Below are positions 13,223 to 26,779 of a DNA stretch of 64,000 bases, in pieces; position 1 is the stretch's first letter; every line of letters starts with the position of its first letter. Under the pieces are notes generated by a model, which did not search any database, was not told the DNA's origin, and worked only from the letters and a program-made list of their open reading frames with translations. Position numbers and translations under genes: made by a program. The DNA comes from Octopus vulgaris. Lineage: Eukaryota. The DNA is taken from NCBI GenBank assembly GCA_951406725.2, contig OX597830.1:4340001-4404000 (forward strand). Direction: 5' to 3'.

Positions 13223-13561
13223 CTGAGACCCCTTCGGTCACAACACAGACCATGAGATTGCACCTAGAAAGTTACCCTCCCAGTCACAAGTCTGGGCAAG
13301 GTTGTTTATGGAAGACCAGCAGTCACCCATGCATATCGGCCTCCCCTCTCTACGCCACAAGTGTTATCCAAGGGAAAGACAAAGGTCGATACAGCTTGGC
13401 ACCAGTGACGTCGCAACTCATTTCTACAGCTGAGTGAACTGAAGCAACGTGAAATAAAGTGTCTTGCTCAAGAACACAACATGCAGCCCGGTCCGGGATT
13501 CAAGCTCACAACCTCACGATTGTAAGCTCGACGCTCTAACCATTGAGCCATTCACCTTCAC
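13223..13561 (-). mobile_element. tRNA-derived SINE family E, full length with target-site duplication
   Basis: Minus-strand head TGGCTCAATGGTTAGAGCGTCG...GAATCCCGG, then GTGTTCTTGAGCAAGACACTTT core. Flanked by direct repeat AAATTATTATT at 13212-13222 and 13562-13572. Confidence 0.85.
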
Positions 13562-13937
13562 AAATTATTATTATTATGTATAAAAAAAAATTCTAAGTCT
13601 TTCCCAGCTTATTTAAGGTTATTTTGCATGATTTGATACATAAAATTCCATTTTTCAATACACACACACACACACACACATGCAATAAAACTGGGAAACA
13701 GTAACTGTGCATTAAGCTAATGAACCGAGTAGTACAAGGTGAACAACATCTCCCTTAAATCAAAATTACTGTCTTAAAGATGTAAGGGCTCATTAGAAAA
13801 TGTAGGTGTACCTACAAACTACTGGCTGGCCATGGATGGAATAATTTTATTCTCAGATCTACCGAATCTGGCTGATTTGAAGCCAAGCATCTATCACAGA
13901 ACTTTTCTCTGTGTGTGCGTGTGCGTGTGTGTGTGTG

Positions 13938-13981
<44 letters not shown>

Positions 13982-14884
13982 CTGTGTGAAAATTTTCATA
14001 ATTCTTTTCTAACTTCTGATTTGACAATGTATTTGCTATTGATCTGTTTCATTATGCTCAAGTTGACCCCTAGAGCAGAGGCTATCAAATGGTTAAGAAT
14101 AATGACCTCACTGTCAATGAACTAAGATATGCAAATATATTATAACTGGGGTAACATTTGATTGTATGCATAACATTGTGGTCGTGGTGATCCTGGTTAT
14201 ATTACGGTCCTATGTTGATCCTTAGGTCTTTGGTATTAAAACATGCTACACATGAAAGAATGACTCTTCATAGAGTCTAAACTGATAGAATGAGGATTCT
14301 ACAGAAGCTTCCTCTGGCTTAGAGTGTATATAAAACAGAGGCACCACATGTAATTTCTGTAATCTGTGCAACTGTGGTTACTTAAGCAGGATGCTGACAT
14401 TCATCACATCAGCAAAGACATAAATAGTTCCAATTTGTTTTCCGTTAAGTTTCCTCTGCTGATCACAATCGTCATCCATTGATGATAACTGTTCTGTTTG
14501 TAGACGATGACCTTCTAACTTTGTTCCACTCTTGTCTTCTATGTAAAGGCATCTTGCTTGAATCAAATCTGTCCAGGATTTGTGACATCAGCTCTTATGC
14601 CATTATTCATATTTTATTGATTTCTGATGAACACACCAGTGGGGCCACATATTTTAAGGAAGAGAACAGTTGAGTACATTGACTCCAAGATATGACTGGT
14701 ATTCATCATAACCACCATAGAATAATGTGTCTAAAAAGCAAACTTGGCAACGGTTCAAATTAGAATGGTATTTATGTTATATGAGTGGTGGAGGTCCTTG
14801 TTGCTAATGATTCCTTGTATTTTTTTCCCCCTTTTATCTTCTACTTGTTTCAGTCTCTGGGCTGTGGCCATGCTGGGGCACCAC

Positions 14885-15222
14885 CACTACAGTTTTCACT
14901 TCCTTGTCACTGGAATAATGTTTGCCTCTCAGACCCTCTTTTGTGGCACCGTAGAGATGATAGTCTGAAGGCGCTAAATCTGGTGAGTGTGGAGGTTGGG
15001 AAGAAGTGGCTCGAAGAACAGTCAACAGAATTTTACAGTGCAGGGATACATGCTCTCATTTGAAGGTGGAACATTGCTTCTGAGAGAAACAGTGACTATG
15101 TTGAGAAGTAGGGATGTGATCCACAGAGGACCAGCTTCCTTTTGATGTATGATGCATGTTCTTGTGTTGGTAATTATACCTGTCCTAAACAAAATGGCAT
15201 TACTTTTTGACTCACCCTCGTA
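14885..15222. mobile_element. Mariner transposon 3' remnant, internally inverted
   Basis: Minus 15000-14885 encodes PPHSPDLAPSDYHLYGATKEGLRGKHYSSDKEVKTVV (mariner YSPDLAPxD motif). Plus 15001-15111 encodes KKWLEEQSTEFYSAGIHALI*RWNIASERNSDYVEK*. Ends in TIR-like TTACTTTTTGACTCACCCTCG followed by TA. Confidence 0.9.
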
Positions 15223-15287
15223 TATATATATACACACACACACACATATATACACATATATATATATGTATATGTATGTATGTATGT

Positions 15288-15324
<37 letters not shown>

Positions 15325-15626
15325 ATATATATATATATATGTATGTATGTATGTATGTAAACATATATGAGTTAGTTATGCAGATATAAGTGAAGTTTTG
15401 ATGCTATGATCTTGTAAATAAAGTCATACTAGACAAAATAGGAGAGGATATTTGAAAGGAAAATAGCAAAGTGAAACATGTTTGTAATTAATATTTTGTA
15501 TGCTTGTTTATATACATATAGTCCCTGTGGTGACCAGTATATGTATATAAAAAGATATACATTCATATATACACTTACATGATAATACAGATATGTGTGT
15601 GTGTATGTGTGTGTGAGTGTGTGTGT

Positions 15627-15669
<43 letters not shown>

Positions 15670-16554
15670 CATGTATGTGAATTTGTAACATAGTATCAGT
15701 AAATATGTGTGTCTGTGTGTGATCAGAATGATGATGAGGATATATATGGGTTTGTATGTGTGTATATATATAAATATATATATATATAAAATCTATAATT
15801 TGATTCCTGTCTGCATGACTATTGTTATTTTCACAAGCTCAAATTATTATTTACAAATGTCTCATGTTTAATATTGTTTCCATCAAAAACTTACCTATTA
15901 ATATGTAATTTATTCATATTGTCTGTGATTATATTTTGTTACTTTTTTTTTATATTTCATATATTTGTCAATGAAGATGGGATATTATATATATGAGATA
16001 TTAAAAGGAGAGAGCTGGTTCTAGACAATGGAGATTCTGATCAAATTCTAGATTAAATATCTAGGATATTTAGTGTTTCCGAGAGACATGTGTAACCAAT
16101 TTTCAAAGAACAAATGTATGTTCTCCCAATGGTATAAGCAGTTAGGCATTTACTCTGAATGTAAAAGATGGGCAGTTCAATTCCCATCAGTAGCAACATT
16201 CCTAGGTTTCTGTGTTAGATATTTGTTTTCAATTAAATGTTGTGTATGTATGTGTTTGTGCATGAATATATATGTATATATAGATATATGTGTGTGTGTA
16301 TGTATGTGTGTATATATATATATATGTATGTATACATTATGCCTTAGAGATTGTTAAGAACTTATCAATGGCTGCAATGGAAAAGTCAAGTTGAAAGAAA
16401 GAACTCCACTTAAATAAACTCTGTCTTGAAGTATTGAGTGCATTTTTCTTCATCAACAGAATGTAATGTTTGCATATTCCTATTATCCTTCATGTACTAT
16501 GCTCACATGCACACACACACACATCTGTCTATTTATCAATATAAATATATGTGT

Positions 16555-16725
16555 AAGTGGTATTTTGCCTGTCTTTACGTTCTGAGTTTAAATTCTGCTG
16601 AAGTCGACTTTGCCTTTCATTCTTTCGGGTTCAATAAATTAAGTACCAGTTGCATACTGGGGTCAATCTAATTGAGTAGCCCCCTCCCCAAAAATTTCGG
16701 GCCTTGTGCCCAGAGTAGAAAAGAA
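16555..16725 (+). mobile_element. SINE family B, partial
   Basis: TTCTGAGTTTAAATTCTGCTGAAGTCGACTTTGCCTTTCAT...AAGTACCAGTTGCATACTGGGGTC matches 36177-36408. Further copies near 17765-17950, 24750-24930, 43200-43370, 45900-46110, 47550-47760, 52085-52220 and 63660-63850. Confidence 0.8.
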
Positions 16726-16879
16726 TAAATATATGTGTGTGTGTGTATACACACGCATATATGTTTGTATATATATATATATATATACGTATGTGCATAT
16801 ATATATGTGTATGTGTGTGCATGTACCCTTATGTGCACACACATTCACACATATGTATATTTAGTTTGAGAAAGAGACT

Positions 16880-17310
16880 CTTTGAGACTGGTGAGGTTGA
16901 TGCTGTTATTGTTCCACCGAAATGATTGCAAGTCAACATCTGCAGGAAAGACCTGAGCAGTGGGAAGATTCCAGAGGGATGATGTAACGAGGAGGAAGGA
17001 CTGAAATTTATGATTAGTGTGGAACTGAGAGTGTAGGATGTAACAAGAGTAAGGCATGATGGGAAGATGGATGAACTGGAGGTGCCTTGGTGATAGAGTT
17101 ACCAGACCAGCCAACTTCAAGGAATTCAGGCCATTTAAGTAGCAATATTAACGGCAGAGAGAAAGAGGAGACAGCGTCTCAGTGGTTCCGAGACTGGAGC
17201 ATGTTGATTAAATTCCAATCACTCAAGTGACCATTGGTGCTACATTCAGAGGCACCCTGATCCTTCTCTGGATGCTGTCCAGGGTGTCTCTGTATGCAGC
17301 ACCAATCCTC
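16880..17310 (-). mobile_element. LINE ORF2 C-terminal fragment (CR1/Jockey-like), decayed
   Basis: Minus-strand peptides GAAYRDTLDSIQRR, LQSRNH*DAVSSFSL and QSFLLVTSSLWNLPTAQVFPADVDLQSF resemble the conserved LDxIQRR...LxHRR...SFxPRTxxLWNxLP tail of LINE ORF2. Confidence 0.7.
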
Positions 17311-18719
17311 TCACAGAAGTGGGGGTTGCAATCCTTTGTTGACCCTTCTTAAATCTTGTAGAGCACCAGCAGCTGTTAGGGGCTGAAATATTTTCTGACC
17401 TTGATGAGATGAGCCAGTTTATTTATATTCTTAAATATCTGAATGTGATATGAAGTTATAGCTTTTAGAATACGGTCAATAATATATGATGTTATCGTGC
17501 CTATAATTTTAGGAAAATCATTTTAAGTGCCAACTAAACATATATCTTGGTTGGAACTATTTCTACAGCCTGATCAATGTCTGAGGGAAACACATTAACT
17601 GAAGAATTTTCAGGAAAAACAAAAAATGTTTTGAAGGAAATTTACTCTGAGTTCTCCTCTGAGAAGAATTCTAGAAACAGTTTTTGTGTGTAACATTATT
17701 ACTGTTATAAAGATTATGGTGAAGGTGTGGGGTAGGAGATGGATGAAGAGAATAGATTAATATTGGTTTCAAATGTTGGCACAATGCCAGCAGTTTTGAA
17801 GGAGGGGCAGGTTGATTACATCGACCCCAGTGCTCAACTAGTACTTTATTTTATTGACCCTGAAAGGATGAAAAGCAAAGTCAACTTTGGTGGAATTTGA
17901 GCTCAGAACATAAAAACAGGGATACTAACGATTCTGCCAGCTTGCCACCCTAGAGTAGATTAATGTTGCAGACATGATTCCCAGATCTTTAGGATTAGAA
18001 GGAAAATGTAGCTGATGATGGGTCAGTTGTGTGATCCAAAATTAAATCTGGTGTGTATTGATCCTTAAAACTCTGATATCACATTTGTCAGATTTGCTGG
18101 TTGAAAACTTACGATGAAGCAAAATTTGGCAGTTTCTGCTTTCATCACCATTGGCATCAATGCTGTAAAGTCAGAAGTCTTTTGCAGATTGAGAAGATTT
18201 GTCATTATTTCCTACTCAGTGTCAGTGATCATCCTGATGAAAGATAAGTGGAAACATTACATTTTGTGACTTCCCTCATTTTTCACACATAGATATCCAA
18301 TAGCTATCACAAATTTCCATCTTTCAACGAATCACCACAAAAACCAGTGATATTCTCATGAAAGGAAGCATTCTAGATTCTAGATAAAAACAACAACAAC
18401 AATAATAATAATAATGATAATCAATCTAAATTAATGTATTCAAAACACGGCACTCCCTTACTCCTTTAAAGCTAAAGAATAACAAAAAAAACAAAATAAA
18501 TAAACTCAGTAAATTTCATCAGTTTGAAATTCTAGAAATTGTAAAATTGAAATGAAAAATAAGCATTAAAAAAACCCCACAAATATGTCATTTAACAACA
18601 ACAACGTAATGCAGGATTATTGTTGTAAACACAATAGAAAACACACCTTGGTGTATAAATTACAGACGAAAAGACTGAAAGTAAATCACTACAGCAGCTG
18701 TCAACAGCTAGATCCCTGT

Positions 18720-18754
<35 letters not shown>

Positions 18755-20036
18755 TCTCTATCTCTCTCGTTCACACACACATACACACATGTATTGCATC
18801 TCCTTTACCTTTTCTCAAAAACCCCTAAAGCATTGGCATTCAGAAACAAGTAAAAAAGTCAGATAAATAGTAAAGAAATATGGAAAATATTGCAAATTGA
18901 AATCCAAGAAACAAATGCATTTTTTACTATGGAACAGCTAAAAACTTAAAGCCTGGTTGGTGTTGTTGTTCCTGATGTTGCTGATGTTAATGATAAGATT
19001 GCTGCTGTTGTTGTTGCTGTTCTTGCTGCTGCTGTCCATTTTTGGGTAAACCCCTTCCTATGACAAAAGTTGTTCCAGCTGTACCCCTCTCAGCCTTCCA
19101 GAACATTTCCTTTTTAAGACACTTGGATGGGATTTGAGGGAAATTCAGTTGTTGTTTCTTGTGAGGTGGGTGACCACATAGGGTCTCTCTCGTTAGCCTG
19201 TAAAAAGTAAACTTAAATTAACGGAGAATATATATAAAAGTGCTAGAAATAGCAGCAAAAAGCTTCTTCAAACTGCATTCTACCATTTTTTTAAAAAGAG
19301 AAGATACACATTGGACAATGCTCATAGATAGATTGTCTTTCATAATAGGTAGGTTTTGTTCTTTCAGGGGGTCACAAGTTTTGTGACAGTAAAATAACTG
19401 CTCCCTTGACACATCATACAGAAACGACTGACTATATTTACAACACAAACAGTAATAATTGTAGAGAAACCTCTGTGGACAGATATCACACAATGATATG
19501 GTTTTCTCCCTAACTTAGAGGTAGCACTGGTACCTCTAAGTTACTCTTAAAAGGAATTTCACTTCTGTGACTCTTGTATCTCCTTTCTAGTTTCTTTTGC
19601 CTCCATTTTTACCAAAGTAGAGTCTGACTTGAAAGAGAATTGGCTGCTATTTCTAGCAGGGCTGGTGACTACATAGTGGTTCCCTCAAACTGTTATTTTT
19701 ATTTAAACCCCCAGGTCATTCATAATACTATCCAGTAATGACTATCACCCAACATTTCATGAATTTATAGGACACCATTATCTAATGTATCCATACTTTT
19801 CATAAGAGACTAGTATGTGATTTGAGGAGATTTGACTGCTATTTCTAGCAGTTGTGAGGCAAATAAAATATACAAAGCAGTGAAGTTTTATAAACAAGTC
19901 ATCACCATAATGCATCATTGCAGTCCTTCCTGCCATGTTTAAAGCAATGATGATAGTCAACATGTACAGAAACTAAAAAATATAGATGGCCAACACTCTA
20001 AAAAAATACTCCTTGTGGCTGGCTACTATTTGTAAC

Positions 20037-20372
20037 AGTGGTTCTGTGGTCTCTGAGGGGCCATATAAGATTTTTGTGGGGTCTGCACAATAAAATAGTA
20101 AATTGGAGATCCACAATAGTATTTTAAGGGTCCCTGAGAAAAATTCTGTTTTAAATGTATATATTGGCATGTGTTGCAAAAAACTGCTCGATATCTTTCT
20201 CTATAGTTTTACAGAATTCAACCTACACAAGTTTATGTGTGAAAAACAAAGCAAGACTATTGAAACAAGTTTCTATAAAACTAGAATTCAAACATCTAAT
20301 GGCTAGGGGGGGTCCACCAGAATAAAATAGTAGTCAAAGGAAGCCATAAGTAAAAAATGGATGAGAACCCCT
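20037..20372. mobile_element. hAT/Charlie-like MITE
   Basis: Ends CAGTGGTTCT...GAGAACCCCT (imperfect TIR) with GGGGTCC subterminal motifs near both ends. Confidence 0.6.
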
Positions 20373-20965
20373 AATTTATAATGTAGCAAAATGAGAGTTT
20401 GTCTTTATTAACATTGACTGAAGAAAAAACTTAGGCAAATATATGCCTATTTTCTTTACACGGTATGTTTGAGAGTCACTCGTTTTATTTGATTCATATA
20501 AACATTGGTTAAAACCTTGATATTTCTAATTGTTTGCATTAGAAATGGCATTTCAGGAAGGAAGGAAATATATATATATATACATATATATATATTTAAC
20601 ATATGACAGCAAATGTTTGTACACAATTGACCTTTTAGCATAATAACATAGAATAATTTTATTACAATATATATATCAGGATAAGGTGCACAAAAAACTA
20701 ACCAAAACATCCTGTAATATTCTGTATGCAGTTCAAGATGGCTGCACGACATGTAGTAAAGCTTTATTACAGTTTTTAGACTGGATCTTGGCCATTAGTA
20801 AAAAAAAAAAAAAAAAAAAGAAGTCACACATTTCGTGTCTAAATAACAAACAAATTAGTAAGACACATGTCTGACATCATCTGATGTAGAACACTTTTGG
20901 AGCAACCCAAAAGAAAAGAAATAAGAAAATAAATAAAAAAATAAATAAAGCAAAGGAAGGAAGGA

Positions 20966-21001
<36 letters not shown>

Positions 21002-21278
21002 ATACACTGACAAAACCAAGAAAACACATTTAACAGTTTTCCATTTCTGACATCTCCCACTTTGGCTAAATGTGTGCATGCACACCTACACCTACACGTA
21101 CACACACAAACTCACACATACACATGCATGCACATGCACATGTATGTACATAAGCATAGACACAAACATACACACAAACACACACATATAAACATAAAAA
21201 AGAGAGAGAGATAGAGAGAGAGGGGGAGACAGACAGAGAATTGAAAAGATAGACAGATAGATAAGCAAGGTAGGTAGA

Positions 21279-21326
21279 TGGGTCGGTAGGTGGGTCGGTA
21301 GGTGGGTCGGTAGGTGGGTCGGTAGG
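21279..21326. repeat. 12-bp tandem repeat (GGGTCGGTAGGT)x4
   Basis: Seen directly; produces the PPTD and PTHL ORF repeats. Confidence 0.9.
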
Positions 21327-21329
21327 CAA

Positions 21330-21367
<38 letters not shown>

Positions 21368-22631
21368 TACACATACGCAGAGACAAGCAGAAAACAAATA
21401 GACATCACTTATTAAACAATCACTATTGCCATATACAGGAGTCATCACTTCAGTCATCATATCAGAGACAAATGTAAAAAAACAAAAAAACATGACTATG
21501 AAACAACTTGCTGTTGTTGTTGTTGTTGTTGTTGTTGCTCATTGCCCAGGGCAAAACCTATTGACAGTAACTTACATTGAAATCAAGTGAGCAACAAACA
21601 CATGTACACATTGTACAAATATACACTTAAGTACACTTGTCAGTGCTGTGTACACAAAGCAAATACACTTATTAAGTGATGTGTACACAATACGAAATGA
21701 CAAAACAACAAGCAACATACATTTATTAAATCACCTGACGAACAACGACCACTCCTACCACCACCACCACCACCACCACCCTAGCCTTCCACTCCAACTG
21801 CCACTATTACCCTTACAGCCACTGCTACCAAAGTCATGACCATCACCAGCACAAAAACCAACGCCACCAACATTTCTACCACCACCATCATCAATATTAC
21901 TACTACTACTACTACTACTACTGCTGCTGCTGCTAGCCCCCCCCCCCCACCATTGCACTCATTACAACGAACTCCACCCTCACCTTCACCACCATCACTG
22001 TCACCATCTTGCAGGTAATACCTTCTAAACACCATTCTATGAGCCAAAGAAAGACGTGTCTTCACATCCATATGCTGCCATTCAGTTTGCTAGAATTAAC
22101 AATCAAATCTCCCTCAAATTGCTCCTACTTAGAAGACAGGCACATCAAATAATATTGTCTTAGGTACACTTTGACAGAATAAAAGATGAAATGGTCGTGG
22201 CTGGAGTGCTTCTGATCATAGGTCGGCTTCATCGAGGCTGACAACATCATTATCATCCATCCATCGATATTTGCTGCCCTCTATTCCTGGGAGGGTCATG
22301 GGGTAGGGATAGGGGGAAGAGTCTTCAGGCGCCTCCTCCATACGGCCTTATCAAAAGCAATCATTATTAAATTTTCTTGTTGGATTTCCAAGTGCAACCG
22401 ACTGAGAATCTGGATATTGTCCAACTGGCTCATTCTTGGTCTGCCTTATGTCTCCTGTCAGTTGGCACAGTCTGAGGAATCCATCCTGCCATTCTTTCTT
22501 GGGACATTCTAACCACAGGTTTGCACTATCAGAGCTGTGACTTGTCAATGCAGAGAAACAGCAACTTGAAGTGGAGGGAGACTCTCCAATCTCCAAGATG
22601 CACACAACAACATCAATACCATTGAAATCAC

Positions 22632-23025
22632 CAGGAGTGGCTGTGTGGTAAGTAGCTTGTTTACCAATCACATGGTTCCGGGTTCATCAGTCCCACTGCG
22701 TGGCACCTTGGGTAAGTGTCTTCTACTAGAGCCTCAGGCTGACCAAAGCCTTGTGAGTGGATTTGGTAGACGGAAACTGAAAGAAGCCCGTCGTATATAT
22801 GTATATATATATGCGTGTGTGTGTTTGTGTGTCTGTGTTTGTCCCCCTAGCATTGCTTGACCACCGATGCTGGTGTATTTATGTCCCCATTACTTAGCGG
22901 TTCGGCAAAAGAGACCGATATAATAAGTACTGGGCTTACAAAAGAATAAGTCCCGGGGTCGAGTTGCTCGATTAAAGGCGGTGCTCCAGCATGGCCGCAG
23001 TCAAATGACTGAAACAAGTAAAAGA
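22632..23025 (+). mobile_element. tRNA-derived SINE family D, near full length
   Basis: Head GGAGTGGCTGTGTGGTAAGTAGCTTG...GGGTTCA..GTCCCACTGCGTGGCACCTTGGG, internal TA/TG microsatellite, tail CCAGCATGGCCGCAGTCAAATGACTGAAACAAGTAAAAGAG. Many homologous copies in the window. Confidence 0.9.
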
Positions 23026-23052
23026 GAGAGAGAAATAAAAATGGGCAATGAT

Positions 23053-23440
23053 GCAGGCATGGTTGTGCGATTAAGAAGTTTGCTTCATAACCATATGGTG
23101 TCAGGTTCAATCCCACAGCACTGCACCTTGAACAAGTGCCTTCTACTACAATTTTAAACCAACCAGTATCTTGCAACCAAATCTGATAGATGGAAACTGT
23201 ACAGAAGCTCAACAAATGAATGTGAATGTGTGTATGCAAACATGCATCTTTGGGTATGTTTCTTATCAGTTTATAACCAGTGTTAGTTTGTTTACATCCC
23301 TGTAACTGATTGGTTTAGCAAACAAGATACCAACTTGATAAGTACCAGACTTGAAATATTGGGCTTAATTTGATCAACTAATCCCTTCAGCGGGGTGCCC
23401 CAACATGGCCACAGACTGAGACAAGTAAAAGAATAAAAGA
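23053..23440 (+). mobile_element. Older SINE family D copy, head-to-tail with the previous one
   Basis: Same head-body-tail order, more diverged. Confidence 0.75.
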
Positions 23441-23902
23441 AAACAACACCACAATAGTATTTCAGTAGTATATAACCTCTACGTAGTCACCCTAACAGCT
23501 AGAAATAACAGCTAAGTCTCTTGCAAAACAATCACATAAAAATCATATAAAAAAAAAGAAAGGTTGTATTGTAGTCTTTGGCATATGTAAAGACAGAATG
23601 GTCATGGCTGGAATGCTTATGATGGTTTACTAGGAACTAAACAACAACAACAAAATACAAATAAACAAACGGAGGTTGGCAACCGGAAGGGTATCCAGCT
23701 GCAGGAACTCTGCTCTAATGTACTTTTGTCTGACCCATGCCAGGTGGGAAAAGTAGACGTTAAAACGACGATGCTGATGATTTCTTTCTTAGTGTGGTTA
23801 TGCAAAAACAAACTGTTTTTTTTTTTTGTCTTTTTGCTATGATCAGACTTACACTTTATAGACCCGTCCAACCCCACTGTACACACAGAAGCAGATCTTT
23901 AA

Positions 23903-24270
23903 TCTTTTACCTGTCAGTAAACTGCAGCCATGCTGGGGAGTACCTTGAAGAATTCTAGTCAAATAAACTGACCCCAGAACTTTTTTTTATATTTTAAGCC
24001 TGGTACTTATTTTATTGGTCTCTTTCTGAACTGCTAAGTTAAGGGAACGTAAAAACACCAACACCAGGAGCCAAGCAGTGGTGGGGGACAGACACAAACA
24101 CACACACACATATACGATGGGCTTCTTTCAGTTTCTGTCTGCCAAATCTCATCACAAGGCTTTGGTCGGCCTGAGGCTATAGTAGAAGACATTTGCCCAA
24201 GAAGCCATGCAGTAAGACTGAACCTGGAACCATGGGGTTGGGAAGCAAGCTTCCTGCCACACAGCCACAT
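23903..24270 (-). mobile_element. SINE family D
   Basis: Reverse complement of 22632-23025. Confidence 0.85.
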
Positions 24271-25478
24271 TGGTGCCAATAAATTCATCAGAGAACTCCG
24301 ATGACAATGTAGAGCAGAAACTGACTTTCAGGAAAGATTCTATGAAGGGTGTGAAATGAGCATGGGAGTCAAGAGGAGGAAAACAAAAACAGAGACTAAG
24401 CAACTATTGTTTCTGTGAGAATTTGGTAGAGAGCGGGGGGACACAAACAACTGATGAGAAAAAAAGTAAACATGACGATAATAGAATGATGAAGGTGATG
24501 GTGACGATGATGATGACAATACAGCAATGATGATGATGATGATGATGATTACAACAAAAGCCATTCAGCAAAAAACTCAGTTGACATTTGATCAATTTTT
24601 AATCTGATTCCTTAAGGTCAGATTAATTTTTCATGCAATTATTATAGAATGTTGCATATAATATGGAATTGACTTTATTTCAAAAGAATGGAGCCAAAAT
24701 GCTATGATGATGATGATGGTGATGGAGATGGAAAGGAGGAGGATTGTCTCTGATGTAGGCACCAGGCCAGCAACATTTTGGGGGGAAATTTTATTAACCC
24801 TGAAAGGATAAAAAGTAAAGTTCCCCTTGGCTGGATTTTAACTCAGAACTTAGAGTCAGAAAAAATACACAAGACATTTGGTCTAATACTTCCAAATAAT
24901 AATAATAATTATTATTGTTATTGCTGGCATTACCAGATGTAGGGAAGTTGGATACCACTTTGGAAGTTGTTGTGGTTTTCAAATTGTACCTGGACCAAGA
25001 TTTTCACACCAATTGAAAACCATTTTCTCATCAACACCTTTACACATCCAGGACCCTGACCTCTTCTCTAAGGTGATCCATGTCATCTACCACAAGCCTT
25101 TCATCCCACCCCCCACTCCACTCCTTCTGCTTCTCAACTTTGTTTAAACTGACAATGAGGGTTCTATTGTTGATGATAATTCATATCAAGAGAATACTGA
25201 ACATAAAATAACTCAGGAACCAAAAGTCTAATATTTCTTCATGTGTAGAAACTGTGCCATTAAATTCCTTTGGCAGGAATTTTATTTCAAATGCAGATAT
25301 TTTTCATGAGAGTTCATTTACAATTAATTGTCTCATGGAAAGTGTATCATGCAGTCATCCACTCCTTGTTTTATTACACATAACTAAATATAACACAACA
25401 GAATGAAATGCTTGATCCAGTTTTAAAAAGGTGATTCACAGAAATAAGTAATGGGTAAGGGTCAGTTTGATAAAATTA

Positions 25479-25951
25479 CAGTAATCCCTTGCCATATTGT
25501 GGTTCTCCTATCACGGTTTATTACTTAAGCTTACATGTTGTTTTGCATTTATAATATAATGGTCGTTGCCAGTGCCTCCTGACTGGCTCCCGTGCCAGTG
25601 CTACATGAAAACACCATTTAAGCATGACCCTCATGTCAGTGGCATGTAAAAAGCACCCACTACACTCTCAGAGTGGTTGGCATTAAAAAGGGTATCCAAC
25701 TGTAGAAACCATACCAGATCGGATTGGAGCCTGGTGCGGCCTTCTGGCTTGCCAGACCCCAGTCAAACCATCTAAACCATGCCAGCATGGAAAGTGGACA
25801 TTAAACGACAACGATGATGATGATAAATATAATAAATATATACAACTTATAAAAATAATAAAAAATATACAGTACTGTTTCTACTTTGTGGATTTTCACC
25901 TATCACAGGTGGTTTTGGAATATAACACCCACAATAGTCGAGGGATTACTG
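25479..25951. mobile_element. Tc1/mariner (Tigger/pogo-like) MITE with a nested family C SINE
   Basis: TIRs CAGTAATCCCT...AGGGATTACTG, TA on the left and CA on the right. SINE inserted at 25561-25825. Confidence 0.75.
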
Positions 25952-26779
25952 CACGTTTTAAATAGAAGTTTGGTTGGGGATGGAAGCATTGAAACATACA
26001 TTGGTTACTTATGGGTGGGGACTTGAAGTAATTGAGGCTTTGAATATATTAATTTGTAAGCACATCCCATCATTATAATCATCATCACTATCATCTTTTA
26101 ATATCCATTTTCCATGCATGGGTTGGACAGTTCTACAGGAACTGGCAAGGCTGGAGAGCTACATCATGCTCCTGTTGTCTGATTTGGCATGGTTTCTACA
26201 GTTGGATGCCCTTCCCAATGCCAACCACGTTACAGAATCTACTGGGTACCTTTTAGCTGTATCAAGGAAGGTCAGTGTTAGTTTGTGTCAGCAAAACTGT
26301 ATGTATTTGTAGTCTAAAGACCATCTTCATGGTAAGAGCTAAATATTTACCTTTGATATTGGTTTATGTGAGCTTGGACACACAGTGTAGAATGGAAGGA
26401 AAAGGCAGTGCTAGAAGTTCTGCATGTGAGAGTAAGAAGAGAGAAGTAATTAGCGAGAGAGAAAATTATTGGATGAGAGAAAGGAAGAGCAATGGGGAGG
26501 AATGATGTGGAGAAAGAATAAAAGAATGAGAAGAATGAGAAGAATGGTCAGTTTAAGGAGGGAAGGCCATATTGATTGCATTATGACTGGAACAGAAGAC
26601 TTGTCAGAAGTGTTCCCACATGTTTCTATATTCATAAAGACTTTATACGCAGAGCAGAAGGGCAGAGAAATATGACTATGGGAGCTGTGAAGTTTTCACT
26701 TTGGGGCACATGGCCAATAATATTTAAAAAATGTTAATGCTAAATTCAGAATTATATAAAACCAGGGGAGTAGAACAAA

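Noticed and set aside
21648-22071. Poly-H/T/A/P/S ORFs
   Set aside because: Trinucleotide low-complexity tract with no splice or domain support.
22351-22671. 106-aa minus ORF
   Set aside because: Starts within a SINE head; the remainder has no recognisable motif.
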